A DNA stretch of 63,566 bases, counting the filler, from Choristocarpus tenellus KU-1152 (taxonomy: Eukaryota > Protista > Phaeophyceae): the NCBI GenBank assembly GCA_964200185.2. It is 11 parts of 11 records of this genome, joined end to end, with 100 filler letters (N's around TTAATTAATTAA, not from the genome) between each part and the next. Parts side by side here need not be neighbours in the genome. Positions count along the whole stretch, not along the records: positions 53,619 to 56,278 come from CAXNAD020025874.1; positions 56,379 to 60,179 come from CAXNAD020017846.1; positions 60,280 to 63,566 come from CAXNAD020021031.1; 8 more parts are not named here. One strand, given 5' to 3'. Every line of letters begins with the position of its first letter. The stretch's first letter is position 1. This document shows, piece after piece, positions 54,020 to 63,566 of this stretch. The notes below the pieces were generated by a model. It searched no databases and was not told the origin of the DNA. It worked only from the letters and a program-made list of their open reading frames with translations. The position numbers and the translations under genes are program-made.

Positions 54020-54930
54020 ACAATTTGGCGTAGCCGGGATTTGACTACTCCTTTCCTGCTATATTCTCCCTCTCCTCTCCTCCCTACCATGCGAATAGCC
54101 AGCTCACCCAGGGAGCATTCCGCTGGCTTGCTGAGGTGCCCAAACATTTCCTCCACGAAGGTGTTGAGGTTATAACTACGAGGATAAAAAGAGTCCCCAT
54201 AGTGGGAGCGCTTTCGCGCCTCAGCTGCAGCAGCAGCTACACCATTACTGGTGGATGAGTGGGTTAGGTGTGAGTTTGCCTGCACTTCTGCAAAGGTGAC
54301 ATCTAGCAGAAGGCCTTTGTCCCGGTAGGGGGCTATTCCAGCGCCCACCAGTGCCCCTGCATGGAAAACTAGATCCATGCGGGCTCAAAGTATCTGGGGG
54401 GGGGGGTGGCGGCTGTCCCTTTGGGGTCATTTTTTCATGCCACGATTTTTGCGTGATTTGGTTGCATACATCGGATGGATAATGTAAACGCATTTTTCCT
54501 GGTTATGCCTCAAATGGACACCCTGGTGTAGACCCCCTCCCCCCCCAGATACTTTGGGCCTGCGGAGATTCCTGTCAACTGTGAAGGAGCTGTCGTCCTC
54601 CATAGTGCAAGGGATGCCCATCCCCTTCCATAGTTGACTTACTTAGGCGTTACACCATTGGAGTGTGTTGTCAAACCTATCCTCCTGCCCTGGGGCAGGT
54701 ACAGGCACAGGTACAGGCATGTCTGATATCGACATTTCGCCTCCTGCACTCTGCCTCTGGGTACCTGTTTGAGAGGGCCTCCTCCCTCCCTAGGGATCTA
54801 CTGACTGTAAGTTTAAATTCTAGAGGGGGGAATCTGGCATGCTGGTTCCAGAGGTTGTGTCAAGGCCCATGCGTTTGCCCCTTTTCCACACTGGCTCCGG
54901 TGGCGTGCTAGGATCAATGAGGAGCTTGCC
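54020..54930 (-). mobile_element. CRE-like non-LTR retrotransposon 3' relic (restriction-like endonuclease domain)
   Basis: LRMDLVF...LLLDVT...AAAAEARKRSHY...EMFGHL; the frame is restored by removing the MITE at 54382-54560. Confidence 0.75.
54382..54560. mobile_element. Type-A MITE with an exact 4-bp TSD (TGCG)
   Basis: tgcg|GGCTCAAAGTATCT...AGATACTTTGGGCC|tgcg. Confidence 0.93.
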
Positions 54931-55586
54931 CTCCCTATTATAATATATATAGTACTATTGATAACCTTTGTTTTTGAGGTGTACTTATCATGTGTGCATA
55001 TTTGGGAGTCCACAAAAAAATATGGAGTCATCAAACGCGATTTATCGACACACTCATTCCTAAATTTACACGCAGACAATACAGTCTGCCATAGATATTA
55101 TTTCTGGAAGCCGACGAAGATTGTTACTGGCACAGTAGTGCACAGATTACTTCTTGCTTTCACCCAAGGTTTTAACTATCCCATACCTTCATTTTGAGCC
55201 ACACAACACTCACTTCCATGCACTACATCCCGAGAATGGTACAAATGGTGTGGAAGAAGCACCTAAAATTACGACGCCGGGGAGCATGCTTGTGACAGCG
55301 TCTGTTGACTCCACTCCTCGAGACGACCGTTTTTGCGCGTTGGCGTTTTTTGCGCGGGCGGGGGCGGCGGTGTCGGAGGGACTATTCGTGTATGCATTTT
55401 TGGCGGCGTGCGCTGAAGGGAGGTGATTCTTTCTGCGTCTCCGCGCCCATTCCGCGTCCGTGGGGGGCGTAGGGCATCCGAGCAGCCGACGGGTAATGGG
55501 AAGTTCGAACAAAACCTTAATACCGTCACAGAGTCCGGATCAAAGTGAGGTCAGTTAAAATCCTTTCCCTATGTCAGATCCTCAGA

Positions 55587-55885
55587 TTGATTTTTTTGAA
55601 AAGTTTGCCCAACGAGTTAAACGACAATCAGCATATCGAATGAAAACTCTTAATCTAAGCTATCGATTTCGGGAAAGGAATTCTTTCGGAAAATTATTCT
55701 GGTAAGGTTAACCTTTAACCGAATGTTATCGGCACAACCTTGGAAATGTTCTGGAATAAATTATCACGACCAAAAATATTTTTCCAACAAATTCCTTTGC
55801 GTAAATCGATAGCCTAGATCCAGAGCTTCGTTTGATATGCTGATGGTCGATTAACTCGTTGGTCAACCTTAAAAAAAAAAATCAA
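55587..55885. repeat. Foldback: ~100-bp imperfect inverted repeat
   Basis: aacgagttaaacgacaatcagcatatcgaa...aaaggaatt pairs with aattcctttg...tttgatatgctgatggtcgattaactcgtt. Confidence 0.85.
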
Positions 55886-55949
55886 GATTGGTCACCGCCA
55901 AAACGGTACGTGGGTTGACCTCGGCTTAATACTGTTTAAGGCACTCACA

Positions 55950-56278
55950 GGATACGATTCTGGTTGAGCGTCTTGGAGGACACTGTTTGATGCTTCCAAA
56001 ATACCACTGTGAATTGAGCCCGATGATAGAGACGGTCTGGGAACAGGCAAAGGATTATGTACGACGCCACTGCGACCAGACGTTGCCTGGAATGAGAGCC
56101 AACATTCCTGTCAGTCCTAAGGAGGAAGGGGGGCAGTCCAGAGTAATTGTGGAGAAGTTCTTCAAGATGAGTATTGCTTACCACCTGATATATTCCAACG
56201 AGAAAGGCATGGAGTGTACCAAATTGGACAGGGTGTACAAGACACTTTTGTCTCACAGGAGGCCTGCACCTTCAGAAT
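55950..56278 (+). pseudogene. IS630/Tc1-like (DDE_3) transposase C-terminal fragment
   Basis: LPKYHCELSPMIETVWEQAKDYVRRHC matches LPKxHCELNPIExxWxxxK. Confidence 0.8.
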
Positions 56279-57331
56279 NNNNNNNNNNNNNNNNNNNNNN
56301 NNNNNNNNNNNNNNNNNNNNNNTTAATTAATTAANNNNNNNNNNNNNNNNNNNNNNNNNNNNNNNNNNNNNNNNNNNNGCCCAAAAATCGCGACATGAAA
56401 AAATTGACCCCAAATGGACAGCCGCTACCCCCTCCCAGATACTTTGAGCCAAAAAATAGTAGAAATATATGTTTTGGAGTTACCTCTGTCAACAAGGCCC
56501 ACATTCTCTTTGACACATAGTATGGATGTATCTATGTACAGGTATAAACAAAATTTTATGTATTGTTCGTGAAGTTTGAGACAGAAATAATGTCATGTGA
56601 AGAAGAGATGGCTCTTTACAGAAAAAAAATAGGCCCAGTAAGTCGCAAAGTAGTGAAGTGTTTGACTTTTACTCACAAGTGGGCATTAAGCCCAAAATCT
56701 GGATCGAAAAGACATCGATATTCCGGATCACCTTTTTTTTTAGAACATACCCTTTTTATATGGTCATTTCAATGTATCGAATTTCTTGAGGTTCTTTGTG
56801 GCCTGATAGAACCTCGTAACGTACCCCTAACTAAACCGCAACCCTGTTCTCATCCCTGGTTTGACATGACACTTGATAGAACGAATTCAGACTAAGGTCT
56901 CCTGTAGTGGATGCAAATTGCTGGGAGGGAAACGGGTTGGGTATTGAGCTGGTGGGACAATAAACAATAATGATCACTTGCAGTGAACGACACCATAGAC
57001 AATAAAAACTGAATGTTGTCAATACAAAGACATATGCGACCCCACAAGATATGGTATGATATGACGCAATGTGATAATATCAAATTTCGATATGCCAAAT
57101 ATCGTCATTTTGACATTTAAATTTGAGATCCCGCCCCTCAGAAATGATAGTTTCTGCACTATCATTAAATGCACGGTCTGGACACAAATTTCCGCAGAGT
57201 AATCATTATCTGAGAGTAGTAAAGAGAGTAACACTTTATGTAGAAGGGGTAGCTTCGATCGCAGTGTCCAATACTTGTTTAAGGTATGGGAATCCAGTTC
57301 CATATCTCAAGAATCAAGTAACAGGTCTCAC

Positions 57332-58320
57332 CGCCCAAAGGCGCAGGTCAAGGATCCTGTTGGCAGCCTGGTAGACTTTGTTGTCAGCCTTTTCAAGGGC
57401 ACTTAATTTATCTTTGGCCTCATCACTCCATACCTGAAAGAAGTTCATGAAGACAACAATGGCCACAACAGCAACAACAGCGAGAAGAAGGCCTGAACAG
57501 TAGTTACCAAGATGAACCCTGTAAGCATTTCAAGCCACTATGTCGATTCTCCTCAAAAGGAATGTTGTCATTGTATATAGCTATGTTGGGAGGATATCAT
57601 CCTTACTTCTCGCATAAAAAAAAACGTACCGATATTGGTCTTGGGGTCTTCAACCTAGCGTTGGGCAAGTCGTGGACACCTTTTTTCAACTGGAGGAAGA
57701 GGAGACAGGTGCTCTCCTCCATCCTCTCTGTCACACCCACCCACATGGCAGACTTGAGGCGGTCAATGGCCGCATCAGCATTTCTATCGAAAAAGTCCTG
57801 CACCATAATGATGAGGACAACAACAAGACGCGTGCGCGCACGCATACACACATACACACAGAGGGGTGTCTCATGTATATGTGGGAGAGGTCAGGGCCAG
57901 GGCAAGGATTACGACAACAAAGTTGGACACTCGCTTGTTGGTTCCTACATTTGACATCGGGATATTTCAAGAGACGTGTTGAGACTAGAGTGCATCCTGC
58001 CGCAATTGAACAAATACCATTGGTCTATGCATTGCTTCAATGGAAAAAGAGAGAAAAAAAAAGATGGGAAACAAGTAGGTTGTTCGCAGGCGGTAAACGG
58101 TAAAAGATGAAGGCAGTAGTGCCTTTTTGGCTGGATGATGTAGCAAACGGAGGTAGATGTACAGTTCCTCTGTTCAAAAGATGTCGCACTATTGATCCTT
58201 ACGTAGTGTACCAGGACCTAAACATCATCGCAGAAGGAAGTGCGCGACTACAGGATTGTTGGAGCAAGGAGTAATCATCGTGCGATGTTCCAGTTTCGTA
58301 TCCCAAACTCCGATTATTAC
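57332..58320 (-). CDS. Sulfotransferase-like protein, partial (exons 57797-57630, 57433-57332; probable 58024-57935 and ~58320-58204)
   Basis: AIDRLKSAMWVGVTERMEESTCLL...DNKVYQAANRIL is a typical Golgi-type sulfotransferase C-terminus; an upstream exon has HDDYS...MMFR. Confidence 0.7.
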
Positions 58321-60915
58321 TGTAGTATATTTTTTCTCAATCTCGGCATGACTCGTTAAGGGTTAGGGTAGGTCGGTCAGAAATGAGGTACAGAGATAGG
58401 AGGGGGAGGNNNNNNNNNNGGGGGGGATGGGAGGAAAGGGTGTGGAGGGGGGGGGGGGGGGGGGGGGAGGGTAGTGAGTGGGAAGTGTCAGGGGAGGGAA
58501 GAATTGCATTGATGTTTGGGGTGAATGACGTGGAGGAGGTGAGAGAGGAATGATAAGGGATAGTTACAGGTACCGCTAAACACAAAGCAGTGGGTATCTG
58601 TCAAAAACTGTCATGCCACACCCCCTTCACTATTAACTCGTGTATTTAACAGAGGTGAGAAAAATACAAGAAAGCACGTAATTTATTCAGGATGATTCTG
58701 CCTGTAGATTATCGTAGGGTTAGGGTTAGGGTTAGGATAAGATTGCGCAGCTCACCGTCATAACATTTAGGGCACAACAACAACTCTATCCAGGTACTAA
58801 CCTATCACAGCAACTTCGTTTGGAGGTACCCATAATCGTGCGTCTAAAATGTGTGTGCAAAACATGCAAAAGGTGCTCCATCCCAACCAAAAAAAGCAGT
58901 CTCTGCACGATTTAGAATGCTCCGCCCCACTTCACAATATGAATGTGTTGCGGATAAGTTCAAGAAGTACTATGTAGTTTATGATGCTTTTTTTTTTCAC
59001 CTACACCTGTAGACTATTGGTGCACGAATAGACTCCATGGATCATGTGGGAAAGGAAAAAAAAGATCTTCATACAAATGTGATTTGCTACTTGTGGTGAG
59101 ATTAAATTTTGCTCCTAGTGATTTAGTACTTAGGGTAACTCAAGAAATTCACCGTGAGAGGCTTGTATAGTTTTCTGTCCACTTTTTACACCCGATTTAT
59201 AACCTGTTTAGCATTTTTTCTTCTTTCTCACTTGTGTCAGGGCTAGAGTCACATACTAGCATACATACATACATACATACATAATACATACATACATACA
59301 CTGGTCTGGGTTGTCACGGAGAGACAAGCAATATCTCCTAAAGGTCAAATTTCACTCGATGAATCCACTTGTATGTGTTCTTGTATGCACTAATACTTCA
59401 AGTAGTATCATTACGATCATTTATCATTATCCCATACTATTTTGCTATTCTCAAACCAACAATTCATTTTGCCATGACAGATGTTCCTGTAGCATAAAAT
59501 GGTATGAATAGCATATATATCGCTTGAGAAAATAGCATGAGAACCCAATTAACCCTTTGGACAATATACACACCAAGCACAAACATTATTTTGCCACTAT
59601 AAAAGGAGCTATAATATTGATTTTTTTGAACCGAAACTGACGAGAAGTAGGAGCAAACTACCGGTACGTTTTGGTCAACTGCATAAGAGCCATCGCCATG
59701 AATACACTACACACTCCAGTATGCGTTTGCAGACATTGGGTTCGTGGCAACAATTGAGATCTGTTCAACATACAAAAAGTAGTGTTCAAAAATTGTTTCC
59801 ACCTTATGTATGGGTGAACTCTCAACGTCTTTTTTTTTCACTTTTGCAAAGCATATAGAAAAAGGGAAATAAAAAATGAACATTGAGGTAAATATACCAA
59901 AGTTTCACTGGGCCAGAAAGACAGTTTTGTGACAGTCTGCCCCGAGGGAAAAGTGCTATTTCAATGGTCGGCAAAATCAGAGGCCAGAGTGCCAGCCAGC
60001 TTAATCCATCTAACCAATACCCCACTCCCGAGAGGTCATCTCAATGCTGGTGATTGTCCCCTTGAGCCGTACCTCAGGGCAAAGGTATCTGGGGGGGGGG
60101 GGGTCTACGCCAGGGTATCGATTTGGGTCAAAATCAGGGAAAGTGCATTTACATTATCCATCTAATGTATGCAGCCAAANNNNNNNNNNNNNNNNNNNNN
60201 NNNNNNNNNNNNNNNNNNNNNNNTTAATTAATTAANNNNNNNNNNNNNNNNNNNNNNNNNNNNNNNNNNNNNNNNNNNNAAACGGAGGCCCCCCCCCACC
60301 CCCCCCCCCCCCCCAGATACTTTGACCCTCCTAGCACTGTCCTAGAGAACAGAAGTGACTATACGGGCTGCTGCATACAGCTGAAGGTTCTAGAGTAACA
60401 CTTAGTATTGTATTGAGGTATTGAGAGGCCTGTTGCCCAGGGCACATGTCTACTCCAATAAAAGTAGCCTCCCAATAAGCACATCAGCCTCCTTTCAACA
60501 ACTGGTATGTTTCATGCCTAGATTCAGCCATAATTATAGACCCACCACTACACAGATTCAAACTCATAGAAAGGCATCCCTACCATAGTACTCAAGACCA
60601 CACTGCAGCAGCACAACAAAAAATCTGAAGATCCGACGAACCCCCTCCCCAGGGGGGTCCGCTCTCAACAAAAACTTCTCCGACATACTCACCTGATTCA
60701 ACGCTACAGCGAAAACGCCTTCCCACAACTGAAACCTAAAACCAAACGCCACTACTGAACACCTCAAAAAATGTGTGCACACACAAGGTACACCTTTTCT
60801 TGTCGCCATCAGGAACAAGAAACAGGGTGGTGGTGCACAACAAACGAGCAGGACGGACATAACGACAGATCAAGGGTACACACATAATGACAGAATAAAG
60901 GTACATAAAACGCAC

Positions 60916-62244
60916 CCTCTCATGTGACCACTGATGGAGTTCTTGATGTTCCTGTTGAGAGCATAGAAACCCACCGTAACGTACACGACAGCCATGAAAA
61001 TCACAAACCCTGCAGCAGTGAAGATGACACCCCTGCGGGTCTCCTCAGTTTCCTCAATCTGCTCTGTCACTGCTGAAATGGAGTCACCCACCTCCCCAAT
61101 CTTATCCGTTTGGAACTCTGCAAGGAGCATATGGAGAGGGAGTGTCAGGAAAGGAGTGTACAGACAAAGGGGCTTCATGGCAAAAAGAAAAAAATCTCGG
61201 AATTTTTAGGTGAGTTCTTTGTCGGTTACAGCAGTTACCACCACCACCACCACCACCGCCACCGCCACCACCATCACGTGACCCATCTGTCTTGGAACAC
61301 ACTGACGCAGGGTCCGCTCCCAGCCTGAATATGTCGAAATGACTAATATTGCCTTGGGATGAAAAAATGAACTCTAAAGGGACCAAACTATGCTAGAACA
61401 TATCGACACAGGAATCAGCTCCCAGTCTGGAAATGTTTAAGGGGTTGATGACTTTAGATTGAGCCAAAGTATCTCGGGGGGGGGGAGGGGGGTCTACACC
61501 AGAGTGTCCATCTGGACCAAAACCAGGAAAAGTGCACTTTCAATATCCATCCAATGTACGGAGCCAAATCACCCAAAAATCGCGATATGAAAAAATTGGT
61601 CCCAAAGGACAGTTGCCACCCCCCCCAGATACTTTGAGCCAGGGTCAAAAACGGACGCCAGCACCCCCCCCTAGATACATTGACCCATTAAAAAAAAAGG
61701 AGAATTCAAACCAGATCAGAATGGACAAAACATGTCCCAAGTTATCCCTAATACATCGTGGGAATAAACGTCTACTTCCATGTATCACCTCAAGTCATCC
61801 TCTTTCCCATCACTATGAAAAGATGAACTGGGACTGGAATGAGGTCAGCATTGAACCATATACATTTCAATGCGAACAGAAGCCGACTTGGCCTGTGGAC
61901 CAGACAAGTTCACACACTTTGTGGACCAAGTCTGAACAAGTCAAGAAATATTGGAACCAGTTGAGCCTGAACTGGTCACTTCCTGGTGGGCCGCCTCATC
62001 TGACGAAAAGCCGTGGATATTGCACCCTTCTAGAATTTTTTTTTTTAAATACTCTGCTATAAACATCAATTCTACTTCCCAAGTACTCTACCATTAATAC
62101 TACTTCTAAATTCTGAAGATAAAAATAATATCCAAACGCTAAACAAAAGGTGAAATTCAAATCCTCCGATACATGAAAAAAAAGTAAAAAATAGTGTAAT
62201 TTTTTATTTTCAAGTGGAACAAAAGTAATTCACAACAGCATCGT

Positions 62245-62290
<46 letters not shown>

Positions 62291-63170
62291 GCCGCAAAAA
62301 CTACATTCACAGGCTGAATTTGTCAATCACGTTTTTGACAGTGCCTACCCCGGGGGTAAAACATAACCTCAACTCAAGTCATCAACACACACCAAAGCAA
62401 CCCTCACACACCATGAAGAAAATAGTACCTCAATCAACAACATGAATATATTATGCACACAACATACGACATACAAGCATATATTTATTAGATTGAGGGA
62501 TTACAAGCATTGCACAATATATATATATTTTTACCAATAGAAATACAGGCACTACGCAACAGTCGAGTGCTATGTTGCCTGAGGTTTGAATTCTTGCAGC
62601 ACTCCTTTCCATCAGCCCTCTTGTCACACTCCTCACCTAACAGTTGATTCTTGGTCTCATCAAGATCTTCTTCCAAATCAGACAACAGGGAGATCAGCCC
62701 CGCACACTCCATGACCCTAGGCACCCCCTCCTCCACACTCTCCACAAGACTATACATATCCGCCACGCCATCCTAAAAACGGAAACCCAGAGCAAGAGAT
62801 GTTGGGGGGGAAGGCAGTGAGTAAGGTGGCATGAAATTGACGTTTGATAGGAAAACCTTAAGAGCACACAAAGGGGAAAAAAAAAGAAGTGCAAAATAAA
62901 TACATAATATATTTTTTCCTGTGTATCAAATATCAAAATCTCTCACACTACAAAAAATTCAGAATTTTTGGCATCTCCCCTCTCCTCTCATTTTTTTTTG
63001 CACAAGCTGTATGAAACAAAAAATACACAGATACAGACACCCCCCCACTTGCACACACACACACACACACCTCAGCAGTTATCATACTGTTACCCATGGA
63101 GTCCAGGCTATTCCACATGCTCACTGTGTCTGCATCAGCAGATCGTACCCCATAGATCGAAATCGCTGCC
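60916..63170 (-). CDS. Membrane protein, partial (exons 63170-63071, 62772-62637, 61117-60916)
   Basis: Phase-compatible GT-AG exons encode an acidic helical loop followed by a TM helix (VIFTAAGFVIFMAVVYVTVGFYAL). Only the topology is tweety/prominin-like. Confidence 0.7.
61461..61686. mobile_element. Type-A MITE (61461-61640) followed by a ~45-bp remnant of the large-element terminus
   Basis: GAGCCAAAGTATCT...AGATACTTTGAGCC, then GGGTCAAAAACGGACGCCAGCACCCCCCCCTAGATACATTGACCC. Partial type-A copies also at ~10290, 17950, 24033, 56380, 60078 and 60310. Confidence 0.85.
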
Positions 63171-63293
63171 CTGCAACAAGTTCACAATAAAAAAGAAAAA
63201 AAAACACAAACAACAAAAATGAAAAAAAAAATGGAACAAGTGCAATACAACCTAAAAACAGTAGTAGCCAACATAGAAAAAGAGACAATACAA

Positions 63294-63327
<34 letters not shown>

Positions 63328-63566
63328 TTTCACGGACACATATTCAAACTCTACATACTTCTTACACATCCAGCTATGGTAAAAAAAAAAGACAATAATA
63401 CACCACCATTCAGTGGCGATGTGCATTTGTCCATACAACACACACGCACATAAACACACACAAACATGTGTCCTGCTGGCAGCCCCTCGAGTGGGGGAAG
63501 GGGGGGGGGAGGGGATCAATCTCACCCTGCAATGGTAAGCAACGCTCCAAGCACAACAACTGCTAG

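Overview
Eukaryotic, intron-rich, transposon-dense DNA. It is most likely from an ochrophyte (stramenopile) alga, based on an FKBP with a signal peptide plus ALA|F plastid motif and a nuclear MinE. The window is about 11 contigs joined by artificial N-TTAATTAATTAA-N linkers, so adjacency across gaps is not evidence of linkage. Host genes reconstructed by hand from splice sites: an IQ-motif protein, an LRR protein, MinE (probably mitochondrial), Mediator MED20, a thylakoid-type FKBP, ecdysoneless/SGT1, the last exon of VPS18, a sulfotransferase-like protein, a membrane protein and one unidentified gene. Transposable elements: two decayed Ty3/gypsy elements, two RLE-type non-LTR relics, hAT and Tc1-like fragments, and a prolific Sola2-like DNA transposon family (transposase relic, three MITE types, one exact 4-bp TSD). 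The main candidate novelty is that the large members of this family carry a separate multi-exon cargo gene. It has an N-terminal ParB/sulfiredoxin-like (NxR...QPF...NGQHR) domain and an unrecognised conserved C-terminal domain, and is seen in three copies spanning two TIR subfamilies. All family calls rest on motif recognition by eye, with no database search.
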